A stretch of 64,000 nucleotides of DNA from Limisphaerales bacterium (GCA_965203425.1 OZ241891.1:1583127-1647126); one strand, 5' to 3'. Positions 1 through 9,805 are shown, numbered from the stretch's first letter. The notes: generated from the letters alone by a model not told the origin. Numbers and translations are program-made.

Positions 1-216
1 GGGAGCATTATTATTGGTGGAATCATTGGATCGACGTCTATTTGAACCTTGGGGATCTGCATCCTTTAACTGGCAGGCCGCTTACGGGAGTGACGCCTTA
101 CAGGGTGCATGCTTGGATTTCGCCGAGAGGCCCCGGCGAGTCGGGGGGTTATTACGTTCCCGTTCACTTTCGGCGATCATCGAGTTCCGAATGGGAGACG
201 CTTGGGAATTACTAAG

Positions 217-1041
217 TTGAAGAATCGGGCTTTTACTTTGATTGAGTTGCTGGTGGTGATTGCCATCATCGGCATTTTGGCGTCTTTGCTCCTGCCCGCT
301 TTGGGCAGGGCAAAGGCGTCGGCTCATAAAGCGGTCTGCATTAATAACCAACGGCAAATAGGGATTGCTCGGCAACTTTATGCCGGTGATAACGATAACT
401 TCTTGGTGACTTATCGGCGTGGATGGTGGGCTAGCCATCTTTGTTTTGATTATTTGGGTGGTCAAACGAATTTGTTTGGTTGTCCTGCGGAGAAACGGAT
501 TTCGCGTTTGGTGGCTCAGGGAGTTCTTCCTGCGGGCTTATGGAATTGGGGTTATTTGCAAAACGATTATGGTTTGAAGGCGTTGGTGGGGCCTTCGATT
601 AAGTCTCGGGCTTGGGGAATTAGCGGGAGTTCTGTGTTTAATGGTCCGCGGTTTCGTTCGCCTGGGATTCGGGATTTTCAAGTGGTTTCGCCTTCGCGCA
701 TGATTACGCAAACAGACGCCTCTTGTTTCTTTTTTTCGGGAGATGGGGAGCCTTTGTATTTTTGGCGGACGCCTTCTCTTAGTGCACCTAGTGGTATTTA
801 TGACCTTGGCTATTTTGGCTTGAATTCTCGTTTTGTGAATATTTCTCTTCGGCATTCTGGTCGGGCGAATGTTCTATTTGCGGATGGGCATGTTGGTTCG
901 GAGACTTTGCGGCAACTGCTTTATCCATCGGTGGAAAACTTGACGAGGTTCAATTACGACAATCGGAGGCATTGGGGTTGGATGCCTGCCGTTGAAGGTT
1001 GGGAACCTCCTACGCCTTGGGATGAGCCCGTGGATTTTTGA
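217..1041 (+). CDS. prepilin-type N-terminal cleavage/methylation domain protein, H-X9-DG (DUF1559-like) class
   Basis: ORF 109..1041. It has a pilin-like leader/TM ([28 protein letters not shown]) and a C-terminal [15 protein letters not shown] (H-X9-DG). The in-frame TTG at 217 ([12 protein letters not shown]...) gives the canonical short leader, so it is preferred over ATG 109. Confidence 0.85.
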   Translation: MKNRAFTLIELLVVIAIIGILASLLLPALGRAKASAHKAVCINNQRQIGIARQLYAGDNDNFLVTYRRGWWASHLCFDYLGGQTNLFGCPAEKRISRLVAQGVLPAGLWNWGYLQNDYGLKALVGPSIKSRAWGISGSSVFNGPRFRSPGIRDFQVVSPSRMITQTDASCFFFSGDGEPLYFWRTPSLSAPSGIYDLGYFGLNSRFVNISLRHSGRANVLFADGHVGSETLRQLLYPSVENLTRFNYDNRRHWGWMPAVEGWEPPTPWDEPVDF

Positions 1042-1070
1042 GCGTCGCTTGAGTTTTGCCTTTGTTTCAA

Positions 1071-1099
1071 CCGTCGGGTTTCGTTTCGGCGGTTTTTTT
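1071..1099 (+). terminator. intrinsic terminator-like hairpin plus T7 run
   Basis: CCGTCGGG-TTTCGT-TTCGGCGG forms an 8-bp stem (including G-U pairs) followed by TTTTTTT, 30 nt after the stop at 1041. A near-identical copy lies at 18734..18762. Confidence 0.6.
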
Positions 1100-1656
1100 G
1101 TTGTGGGATTGTTCTATTCTTTCCATTGATTGGGCAGGCTTTGCCGGCCTGAGGAACGGGAAGGAGCGGTCGAACAAAAAGGCGGTCTCTTTGCGCCGTT
1201 GGTTTGCGTTCTGCTTGGCTGGAGTAGGCGTGGCTGAACACCACTGCGCTTGGCTTTGTTCGAGGGAGACAAAGAGAGAAGAAAGCGCCGAGACAATTGG
1301 GGTTGGCTTTGGTTTTGGGGTGGTTGGATGGTTGAGGGTGTTCTGCGGGGATTGCTATGTTGTGAAGGGAATGATGCGGTGAAGGGATTTCTGTTGCTGG
1401 TGGTTGTTCATGCAAGAGAAGGGAAAGAGATTGAAAGGTTATGGTAGTTAGTGGATTGGTGTTGGTCGAGTGGCACAGGGCAGGCTTTTATATGGGGAAG
1501 CATTTTATGAATTGTGTTGGTGTTGGTTGTATGCGTGTGGTTGGCATTTTTTGGGGAGAGATTGCAGATTACGGGATTGGCAAAAATTGCGGAAGCGTGT
1601 TGCTGTTGCGGAAAGTTGGCGTTTCGTCCATCCTGAAGTGGAGCGGATTGTGTCTT

Positions 1657-2118
1657 ATGCCAAGTCGATTTGTTTATATGCGCCGAGTGGAGTTTGCCGA
1701 CACGGATATGGCGGGGATTATGCACTTTTCCAGCATTTTCCGTTTTATGGAGTCTGCGGAGCATGCTTTTCTTCGAAGTCTTGGGCATTCGGTGATTCTG
1801 AGTGATTTGGATCCGCTCATGGGATTTCCTCGCGTGAGGGCGGAGGCAGATTTTCGTCGGCCGTTTCGATTTGAGGACGAGATTGAGATTGAGTTGCGGG
1901 TGCGAGAGAAGCGGGAGAAGTCGTTGACTTACGGTTTTGCGTTGCGCAAGGCCGGAGATCCCGGCCGGGAAGTGCGGGCGGTTGGCTTGATGACGGTGGT
2001 TTGCGTTTGCAAGGGGGAGGATGGCGAGATGTCTGCCGTTGAGTTGCCGCCGGTTTTGGCGGAGAAAATTGAAGTGGACGAGGGATTGGGCGCTTCTGGG
2101 GATTCGGAAGAGCGTTGA
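1657..2118 (+). CDS. acyl-CoA thioesterase, 4HBT/YbgC-like hotdog fold
   Basis: The C-terminal 153 aa of ORF 1441..2118 read MPSRFVYMRRVEFADTDMAGIMHFSSIFRFMESAEHAFLRSLG..., typical of the YbgC/4HBT family. The upstream part of the ORF is GT-rich low complexity, so ATG 1657 is the preferred start. Confidence 0.75.
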   Translation: MPSRFVYMRRVEFADTDMAGIMHFSSIFRFMESAEHAFLRSLGHSVILSDLDPLMGFPRVRAEADFRRPFRFEDEIEIELRVREKREKSLTYGFALRKAGDPGREVRAVGLMTVVCVCKGEDGEMSAVELPPVLAEKIEVDEGLGASGDSEER

Positions 2119-2180
2119 TTCTCGGCGGGCAGATTGGCAAGAATGACGGTGGGGAATAGGATTGGAAAGATTTTACGATT

Positions 2181-2747
2181 ATGGGAACGGAAACATCATC
2201 TGGCGTGGGTATGGCGTGGCTTTACTTTGCGTTGCTGACTGTGTCTTGCTGGGGACTTTACGGAATCCTGTTGCACAAGGGGCAGGTAACGATGGGCGAT
2301 CCAGAGAGCGGTCGTTACAAGGCGTTTTTGTTTGTGGGAATTGCTTATTTTTTGACGGCGGTTTTGGCGCCTTTGGTGCTTTTATGGTATCGGGGCGAGG
2401 CCTTCAGCGGTTATACGGGCGCCGGGATGGGATGGTCGTTGACGGCGGGCATTGCCGGCGCGATTGGCGCCTTTGGCGTTTTGCTGGCCTTCGGCGCCAA
2501 AGGGACTCCGGCGGTGGTGATGTCGATTATTTTTGCCGGCGCGCCGATTGTGAACGCTGTTGTCTCTCTCCTGATTTATCCGCCGGCGGGAGGTTGGGGG
2601 GCGGTTCGATGGCCTTTTTATTTGGGGATTTTACTGGCGGCGCTCGGAGGCATGCTGGTCACTCTCTTTAAACCAAATCCGGGTCCGCACAAACCTAAAC
2701 CCGTAATGGTCAAAACATTTCCCGCTTACTTGGACAAAGGCGATTGA
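2181..2747 (+). CDS. small polytopic inner-membrane protein (about 5 TM segments, function unknown)
   Basis: 188-aa ORF with repeated hydrophobic stretches (WLYFALLTVSCWGLYGILL, FLFVGIAYFLTAVLAPLVLLW, LTAGIAGAIGAFGVLLAF, FYLGILLAALGGMLVTLF). No family was recognised with certainty. Confidence 0.55.
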   Translation: MGTETSSGVGMAWLYFALLTVSCWGLYGILLHKGQVTMGDPESGRYKAFLFVGIAYFLTAVLAPLVLLWYRGEAFSGYTGAGMGWSLTAGIAGAIGAFGVLLAFGAKGTPAVVMSIIFAGAPIVNAVVSLLIYPPAGGWGAVRWPFYLGILLAALGGMLVTLFKPNPGPHKPKPVMVKTFPAYLDKGD

Positions 2748-2774
2748 GGGACTCCTTTCCTTGCGGGAAGTTCG

Positions 2775-4067
2775 ATGAAGAACGCAGTGCATCCTTCGCG
2801 AAAGGATTTGGAAGCCCGACAGTTGTCGCTGTTGAATCACTTGCTGGAAGAGACGCTCGCCTCCAACGCATTCTATCAAAACAAGATCGGAGTCCCTGCG
2901 AAGGCGGCGAAGTTTTCCTCACTGGCCGAGTTTCGGGAGCGATTTCCGCTGACGACTAAAGCGGAGTGGACGGCGGATCAAGAAGCGCATCCTCCTTACG
3001 GCACGAATCTCACCTATCCGCTCAGCCGCTACACTCGCTGTCATCAAACCAGCGGCACTTCCGGCGCGCCAATGCGCTGGCTGGATACGGCAGAGAGTTG
3101 GAAGCACATCTTGGAAGACTGGATGGAAGTGATGCGCGCCGCCGGTTTGCGCCGGGAAGACCGCTTTTTCTTTGCCTTTTCCTTCGGGCCGTTTCTCGGC
3201 TTTTGGGCGGCTTTCGAGGCGGCGTTGAGACGAGGAAGTTTTTGCCTGCCGGGAGGCGGAATGACCACGGCGACCCGCTTACAGGCGATTATGCAAAATG
3301 AGATCACCGTCCTTGCTTGCACGCCCACCTACGCCCTGCGAATGGGCGAAATGGCCGCCGAACAAGAAATGGAACGGCCTCCCTTGCGCCGCATTCTAGT
3401 GGCCGGCGAACCCGGCGGGAGCTTGCCGGCAATGCGCCGACGGCTGGCCGAATTGTGGCCTTCAGCCTCGGTGTTCGATCATCACGGAATGACGGAGACA
3501 GGCCCCGTTTCCTTCCAATGCCCCAACCACCCCGGCATTCTTCACCTTATCGATTCATCCTATCTTGCGGAAGTGAGAAATCCTCAAACGCAAGAGACGG
3601 CCGTCCCCGGCGAACGCGGCGAATTGATTTTGACCACCTTGCGGCGAACCGGCTCTCCACTGATTCGCTATCGAACGGGAGATTTAGTGCAATTGGCCGA
3701 GCCCGACGCTTGCGGCTGCGATCGGAATCTCACGACGCTTGACGGAGGCATTCTCGGACGGCTTGACGACATGGTAATCGTGCGCGGAGTCAATGTTTAC
3801 CCCGGCGCGATCGACGAAATTATTCAGATCTCCGGCGGCGTAGCCGAATATCAAGTCGAAATTAGCGAGCATCGAAGCCTGACGGAGTTGACTATTCGCA
3901 TTGAAACGAAAAGTAGCGAAGCAAACCCGGCGGCCGTCGCCCAAAACCTCGAATGCGAATTACGACAACGTTTGGCCTTGCGCATTCCCGTCCAGACGGT
4001 TCCACCGCAAACCCTCCCCCAATTTGAGATGAAAGCCCGCCGTTGGACAAAGGCGGGAGGAAATTGA
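2775..4067 (+). CDS. phenylacetate-CoA ligase family (PaaK/CapK/F390 synthetase-like) adenylate-forming enzyme
   Basis: 430 aa with CHQTSGTSGAPMRW (AMP-binding P-loop of the PaaK family) and YRTGDLV...GRLDDMVIVRGVNVYP. Confidence 0.8.
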   Translation: MKNAVHPSRKDLEARQLSLLNHLLEETLASNAFYQNKIGVPAKAAKFSSLAEFRERFPLTTKAEWTADQEAHPPYGTNLTYPLSRYTRCHQTSGTSGAPMRWLDTAESWKHILEDWMEVMRAAGLRREDRFFFAFSFGPFLGFWAAFEAALRRGSFCLPGGGMTTATRLQAIMQNEITVLACTPTYALRMGEMAAEQEMERPPLRRILVAGEPGGSLPAMRRRLAELWPSASVFDHHGMTETGPVSFQCPNHPGILHLIDSSYLAEVRNPQTQETAVPGERGELILTTLRRTGSPLIRYRTGDLVQLAEPDACGCDRNLTTLDGGILGRLDDMVIVRGVNVYPGAIDEIIQISGGVAEYQVEISEHRSLTELTIRIETKSSEANPAAVAQNLECELRQRLALRIPVQTVPPQTLPQFEMKARRWTKAGGN

Positions 4068-4389
4068 GACTAAGGCGGATTCCCACAATGCGTAATAAAG
4101 AATTCAAAATTTGAAGTTTTTGAACATGAATAAAAATGATGAAACAGAGAGAAACTTGATATTCATCTGGAAACGCCAAAAACCCCAATAGCCTAGAAAC
4201 TACTGACCGCTTCATTATTCCCGTCTCCCACTCTCCATATCTAGTTTATCCCATTCCCTCAGTTTCTTTTTCTTTACCCTCCAAACACCTCCGCTTCCCA
4301 GCTACGCCAACAAAGAAAAACTTTGCTTCAAAACATTCAATCGAAGTAAAAACCCAATCTCCCTTTGCAAATAATAGCCTCGAACCCAA

Positions 4390-4739
4390 CTACAAATCAC
4401 GAAACAAAAAACCACTCTTCTCAACTCTCTTGGAAACAAGATCGAGAAAAAGCAATCTCCGCCATTTACCGACTACAAATCACCCGTTGTGAATCACAAA
4501 CCACAACCCGCTGTCCCACAAATCACAAACATCAAACCACAAAGCACCGGCCGCTTGGTTTGCCCACACAGCAACTAGCCGGCTATAAATCACCAGCCGT
4601 GTCTCCTCGCCAATCGCTAACTGTTGAAGACGAGCAAATCTACAAAGCCTCAACTACAAAGCTGTGGTGCTTTGTCGTTTTTATCGCTCGCCACAAACAC
4701 CAAAAAATCCGCAACACCAAACCAAGTCTACAAAGTGAC
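4390..4739. repeat. cluster of at least 7 direct copies of a CTA(C/T)AAA(T/G)C(AC) motif
   Basis: CTACAAATCAC at 4390 and 4473, CCACAAATCAC at 4516, CTATAAATCAC at 4583, CTACAAAGC at 4640 and 4654, CTACAAAGTGAC at 4728, plus a GAATCAC half-site at 4491. Spacing is irregular. Confidence 0.6.
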
Positions 4740-5608
4740 GGCTTGGGCTTGCCGTTTCTTATGAAAATGGCGGCGGAAGAGGACAAAACCCAAAGCGAAT
4801 AAATCAAACACAAATGCGTATTCTTTGAGTTCGAGGATGATTCTGCTGTGGACGACAATCCGCTCCAAGCCAACGCTGTTGGCCGCTAGGAAGGATCCGT
4901 AAGCCTCTGCTCTTTGATTAGGAGAGACCTAATAAGGCCCCAGAATTATTGTCGCTTTGCGTATGAAAGTCGCCGATGGATTTGTTGATCCAGCTCGTTC
5001 CCACCCAAGAAGAAGGCGGATTGATGGAATAAAACAAACGGCTGAAGAAGCGAATTCCCAAGGGCATCGTATGGATTATCCTAGTCCATCAAAAAACGCT
5101 CAATAGTCGGCTGTTAGCGCTGACGATGGCAATCATCGGCGCGTTGAGACACGAGCGGCAAAGTTGATGTTGGCGTTGGTTCTGCCTCTGCCCAGAATTC
5201 TCTTTCTTGCCGAATCGATGTCTTTAGGATTAGAGCTCGCCAATCAGAGAGAATGAGGAAAGTTCGCATCCTTAGACTTGTTGGCGTTGTCAATGCGTCC
5301 GTTATTGAAAGAGTTCATAAATGCCCAAGTGTCTCATCTAGGGGAATGATTGGAGATTGCGGAGGTTGGAATGCTTTGGAGGCCATTTTGAGTGGCCGCG
5401 GTGGTGAAAGAAGCACTGAACATCCAGAGAGTCTGGCTGGCCTTGTTTTGGCTATGGGAGAGACAATACACAACTGAGATTGGCTTGGTTGGATGAGAAC
5501 AGGAGAAGAAAGTGCCAACACAACAAACACAGCTAAAAAAGACTTCCGGCCGATGCTTGTTGCTTTCGTTTTGACGCAAACAAGGGAATGCTCTTCCTCA
5601 TGTTTCAT
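4728..5608 (-). pseudogene. decayed paralog of the PEP-CTERM protein family found at 39390 and 57936
   Basis: The N-terminus from ORF 5315..5623 is MKHEEEHS...FLAVFVVLALSSPVLIQPSQSQL (compare ...LLSLSSIEQSQAQL in the intact paralogs). After several stops and frame changes, the last frame ends ILELKEYAFVFDLFALGFVLFRRHF...* (compare VPEPEEYALVFGLFALAFVIFRR). At least 4 frame disruptions were seen on hand translation. Confidence 0.5.
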
Positions 5609-6543
5609 CTGAACTAGTTTCAAAATCTAAGAGACTGCGGATGCGAACCACTCCACGATGGAATCCACAAAGGCGATTTATGTTTTGGAGGAACGCTGAT
5701 TCGTCTGTCGTCCAGCGATGCTTGGGAATGCGTTCTGGCTTGGTGGCTGTCTCTGGCCGGATGCCTCGTCCATTCTCAAAATGGAAAAAGGGAAGAGGAA
5801 AGCAAGTTTTTTAGAAACGACCAAGCACGCCAAGAAGCGCGTCATCCCATCTTGCCGTTGTGGGAGGAAGTTTTGGTGGTTCGTGTTTTGTTGGGTTAGT
5901 AGTCAGTGCGGAAAGTGTGTTTTGTGGAGGAAGAGAATTTTGAATGAGGAACGGCGCATGGGAAGGGAGGGCAAAACTGCAAAGGGTGCGAAGATAGGGT
6001 TTTTAGTTTTGGTGATTGGGAATGCTTGGCTACGAACGTGCTGGTTTCTGGCTGTTGAGAAGTGAGGAAGTTTGTTGGTTTAGGTATTGGAGTTTTAGGA
6101 TGTGGATGAGAGGGGGAAAGGGAGAAGTGAATGGGGGGATGTGAAAGGGCAAATCACTGGGCGATGACTTTACAACAGGGCGGGGGACTTTGCTGTTTTT
6201 GCATTGCAAGCTGCTAAATGCTAATTATGGGTTGTATGGTGGTTGGTTTGGTGGGAGTCTGTAGAGAGAGTGGTTGGTTTTGTAAATCTGTTGGTTGTGT
6301 TGTCTTTGCTAAGGGGGAGAGGTTTTCTCGATGTTTGTTGGATGGGGTGGTTGCGGGGTTTGCGGGTTGTTCATTTTTTGGGGGATGGTTTTGGCGGTGG
6401 AGGGGATTTTTCGCGGGTTTTCTCTTTTTGTTTGGAAGGGGTTGTTGGGATTTGTTTCAGTTTTTTTGGGGGGGTTCTCGTTTTTGGTGTCTCTCTGTTT
6501 GTGGAAACGTGCGCCGGTTGTTTGTTGATGATTTTCCGGCAGT

Positions 6544-8316
6544 TTATGTTCGGTTTAGATCGAGGTTCCAAGTTACTCGCTGTAGTTCGGATAGGGAGAT
6601 GGTGCCGTCTTGGACGCGGTGGAAGGCGATTTGTCGCAAGGGGCGCCAGCCGTTTGTTTTAGCTGTTTTTCTTAGTTGGGCGAGGCTTGCTTGGGCGTGG
6701 ATGGCTTCTGTTGTGATTTCGTTGATTACGGCGAATTCGTAGAGGGCGATTTGTCCTTTGACGCCTGTTTGTCGGCATTCGATGCATCCTTTGCCTATTT
6801 GGAATTGGAGTTGGCCGGCGGGGAGGTTGAGGACTTTTGACATTTCTTCTATTAGTTTTTGTTCTGGCGCAGGAGCGGGATTGGCGCATCGTTTGCAGAT
6901 TCGGCGGGACAGGCGTTGGGCGATGGAGCAGCGCAAGGAGGCGCCGAGTGCTGGGGCTTCGACGCCTATGTCGATTAGGCGTGGGATTGCGCTGACGCTG
7001 TCGTTGGCGTGGAGGGTGGAGAAGACTAGGTGGCCGGTTTGGGCGGAGCGTACGGCAATTTCGGCTGTTTCTCGGTCTCGGACTTCGCCGACTAGGACGA
7101 TGTCGGGGTCGTGGCGAAGGAGGGCGCGCAGGCCTTTGGAGAAGGAGAGGCCGATTGCGTCGTGGGTTTGCATTTGGGCGATGCCTTCGATTTGGTACTC
7201 GACGGGATCTTCGATGGTGATGATTTTGCGTTGTCCGTCGTTGGCGTGGTTGAGGGCGGCGTATAGCGTAGTTGTTTTCCCGCTTCCCGTTGGCCCGCTA
7301 ATCAGGATAAGGCCTTGGGGAAGTTGGAGAATTTTGGCGAACAGGGTTTCTTGGGGCGGAAGCATGCCGAGCTGTTCTAATCCTAGATGCAGGCTTTGGC
7401 GTCCGAGGATTCTGAGGCAAAGGTTTTCTCCGTGTTTGGCGGGGATGACGGAGACGCGGAGGTCGTAGGATTCGCCTTTGGTTTTCATTGAGATGCGTCC
7501 GTCTTGGGGGAGGCGTCGTTCGCTGATGTCCAGTTCGGCCATTACTTTGAGACGTGAGACGATGGCGGCGTATAGGCGGCGTAGTTCTCCGGGGACGGGG
7601 ATGGATTGCAAAGTGCCGTCGATTCGGTAGCGCAGGCGGACTGAGCCGGCGCAGGGTTCAAAGTGGACGTCGGTGGCGCGCAGGCGAAGCGCTTCGGCGA
7701 GAATTTGGTCAACGAGGTCTGAAATTGTTCCTTCCACGGCGCCGTCTTTGCCGGTTCTCTTCTGTTTCCATCGTTCTTCAATGGTCGAATCGGCCAAGTC
7801 GAAGACGAGTTCTTCGTTGTCCAGCATTTCGCTTTGAGAAGACTCGCGCAGTTTTTCGACCGTCTCGGCGCCGAGTCCGAATTGGGATTTGATGACGGCG
7901 TCGATACGGCTGGGCGTGGTGAGGAGGAAGCGGACTTCTCGTTTGAGGAGAAGGCGAAAGTGGGCTAGTTCCAAGCTGCTGGGAATGTCGCCGCAGGCGA
8001 TGGTGATCTCGTTTTCGCTCACGCTGAGGGGAAGAAAGCGGTAATGGAAGATGAGTTTGAGGGGAACGGATTCCAGCAGGACTTCGGGGATGGTGAAGTT
8101 TTCGAGGTCTTGAAATTCGACGTCGTGAACTTTGGCTAATGCTTGAAGAGTGTCTTGCTCGGAGGCGAGATTGAGCTCGAGGATTAGGCGATGGACAGGG
8201 AGTTGGCGTTGATTTGGATGGCCGCGGAGGATTTGAAGGTGCTTTTCGTTGAGAATTCCTTTGGAGCGCAGGATCTCTCCGATGTTCGGTCGTAAATTTT
8301 CGGGGATCGGCGGCAC
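6544..8316 (-). CDS. GspE/PilB-family secretion ATPase (type IV pilus / T2SS assembly ATPase)
   Basis: 590 aa with Walker A (ISGPTGSGKTTTLYAAL), Asp box/Walker B (DPDIVLVGEVRD), His box (TGHLVFSTLHAND), a tetracysteine motif (CKRC...CIEC) and an N-terminal GSPII_E_N-like region. GTG start overlaps the upstream stop (TAGTG). Confidence 0.9.
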   Translation of the reverse strand: MPPIPENLRPNIGEILRSKGILNEKHLQILRGHPNQRQLPVHRLILELNLASEQDTLQALAKVHDVEFQDLENFTIPEVLLESVPLKLIFHYRFLPLSVSENEITIACGDIPSSLELAHFRLLLKREVRFLLTTPSRIDAVIKSQFGLGAETVEKLRESSQSEMLDNEELVFDLADSTIEERWKQKRTGKDGAVEGTISDLVDQILAEALRLRATDVHFEPCAGSVRLRYRIDGTLQSIPVPGELRRLYAAIVSRLKVMAELDISERRLPQDGRISMKTKGESYDLRVSVIPAKHGENLCLRILGRQSLHLGLEQLGMLPPQETLFAKILQLPQGLILISGPTGSGKTTTLYAALNHANDGQRKIITIEDPVEYQIEGIAQMQTHDAIGLSFSKGLRALLRHDPDIVLVGEVRDRETAEIAVRSAQTGHLVFSTLHANDSVSAIPRLIDIGVEAPALGASLRCSIAQRLSRRICKRCANPAPAPEQKLIEEMSKVLNLPAGQLQFQIGKGCIECRQTGVKGQIALYEFAVINEITTEAIHAQASLAQLRKTAKTNGWRPLRQIAFHRVQDGTISLSELQRVTWNLDLNRT

Positions 8317-8858
8317 TACTGGGGAATTTGAAAAGTTTCTGATTGGCTAAATCTGATGCGGCGAGGTGAGTCGTTCCCATCGGCGCCGACGGCAATCTCG
8401 TTTGAATTCATTTGCAAGAGGCGGAGGTTGGCGATAACGACGTCGCCGAGGTCGACGGCTTTGAAGGCGCCGTTCACTTGCAGGAAGGCTTTTCGTTTTC
8501 CCGAACCCTGTTGGTAAATGCCTTGGAATTCGATTTTAATCTTCCGGGTTGGAGAGGCGGGTTTTGGAGCGGGCGAAACGGCCAGCGCAAAGTGGCGTGT
8601 AAAGAAGGGGGAGGCTTCGGGGTTTTGTTTTAGGAGCTCGGCCGGGGTGTTGACGAACTTCGGCAGTGTTGGGGCGTCGAGGTTTGTCTCTTCTGATAGC
8701 GTTGTTTTGTTTGGGATGCCGGCGCCGATATTCTGGACGGCGGCAAAGGAGTCTCGGATGGCCGCAATGGAATTCTGGATGACCGCCGCCCAGATGATTG
8801 TCAACAGACTCAGGGAGAAAATTGTGGTCAGTGTGTTTTGAGACATTTGCGCAGGCAT
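8316..8858 (-). CDS. PilP/GspC-HR-like small membrane-anchored pilus-assembly protein (hypothetical)
   Basis: Internal ATG of ORF 8316..8978. It has an N-terminal TM (TLTTIFSLSLLTIIWAAVI) and a C-terminal beta-rich module (IEFQGIYQQGSGKRKAFLQVNGAFKAVDLGDVVIANLRLLQMNSNEIAV), as in PilP. It sits between the PilO-like gene and the ATPase. Confidence 0.45.
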   Translation of the reverse strand: MPAQMSQNTLTTIFSLSLLTIIWAAVIQNSIAAIRDSFAAVQNIGAGIPNKTTLSEETNLDAPTLPKFVNTPAELLKQNPEASPFFTRHFALAVSPAPKPASPTRKIKIEFQGIYQQGSGKRKAFLQVNGAFKAVDLGDVVIANLRLLQMNSNEIAVGADGNDSPRRIRFSQSETFQIPQ

Positions 8859-8871
8859 ATAAATGGATTCG

Positions 8872-9771
8872 CTAGTTTTCTTGAGGTTCGGCGGTTTGCC
8901 GTTCGACGCTGGCCGGTTGTCGGTTGTCCTTCGTTTCGGCGGTTTTCTGTCTGGAAAGCGGAGGGATAAAACCCACAATTTTCATCCAAACGGAAACGTG
9001 TGCTGGTTTTTCGGGCGAGTTTTTTTGGATCAGGATTTGATCGACATACAAACTTGGTTTGTGGGGCAGGTAATCGATATTCAGATCTTTTTGGATTTCT
9101 TCGGCGCGGAGCGGGAGCATGAGTAGCAAGCGGAACAAAGAGCTGGAATCACAAGCGAATTGAATCTCGCTAATGACGGGAATGAGCGGCGGAGGGAGGG
9201 CTGCGTTGGCTGACGGAGTTCTTTGGCGTTGTACGGAAAGTTTGGAGATTGATTCGACGTCGGCGTAGATCATTGATTGCAGGAGGTGTTGCGTCAATGA
9301 GAGTTCGATCCAGAGGTAGTTGGGATCGGATAAGTCGCTGTGATAGGCGGGAAAGCCTTCAAACACGGAGGGAGGAATTCTGGATTGCCGGGTTTGGGCG
9401 AGTTTGTCGAGAGATTCGATGACTTCTTGTCGGTGGTTTTCGTAATCGACGAGTTGAAATTCAAGGCTTTTGTTTTTGTCTTGGTAAAAACTGTCGATTT
9501 CGATGCGGGAGAGCAGTGTTTGTTTGACGCTTTCCATATTGGGCGCCAATTGTTTGAGGCTTTGAGAGATGAGGTTGTAGTCGATTCGATCCGGCGCTTG
9601 TTTCTTGCGGTGGATTGTTTCGATCCGGCTCCACGTCTGGCGCAGTAGGGATTCTTTTTCTTTAGTTCGCACATTCAATGGGCGGTAAACAAAGAGGAAA
9701 TAGGCTAGGATCAAGCAGGAAATTGCCCAGCATCCCCGGTTGGATTGAGCCCATCGAATGATTGCGCGCAT
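8872..9771 (-). CDS. PilO-like bitopic protein (hypothetical)
   Basis: 299 aa with an N-terminal TM (CWAISCLILAYFLFVY) followed by a predicted coiled coil. The call rests mainly on operon position. Confidence 0.4.
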   Translation of the reverse strand: MRAIIRWAQSNRGCWAISCLILAYFLFVYRPLNVRTKEKESLLRQTWSRIETIHRKKQAPDRIDYNLISQSLKQLAPNMESVKQTLLSRIEIDSFYQDKNKSLEFQLVDYENHRQEVIESLDKLAQTRQSRIPPSVFEGFPAYHSDLSDPNYLWIELSLTQHLLQSMIYADVESISKLSVQRQRTPSANAALPPPLIPVISEIQFACDSSSLFRLLLMLPLRAEEIQKDLNIDYLPHKPSLYVDQILIQKNSPEKPAHVSVWMKIVGFIPPLSRQKTAETKDNRQPASVERQTAEPQEN

Positions 9772-9805
9772 TGTTTCTTCCTGTTTCTAGCCGCTCTTTT
9801 TTGAA

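Noticed and set aside
4390-4739. Possible CRISPR array, considered because of the repeated motif.
   Set aside because: The repeat units are only 9-11 bp, degenerate and irregularly spaced (14-83 bp). There are no cas genes and no 25-40-bp repeats.
4365-4802. 145-aa plus-strand ORF in the C/A-rich tract.
   Set aside because: It is T/N/Q/K/H/P-rich low complexity produced by the CA skew. It overlaps the motif array and the tail of the pseudogene.
5718-6742. Several overlapping plus-strand ORFs (115-174 aa) in the G/T-rich tract.
   Set aside because: Their translations are low-complexity G/W/F/V/C/L strings in all three frames. This is a compositional artefact with no start context or domain signature.
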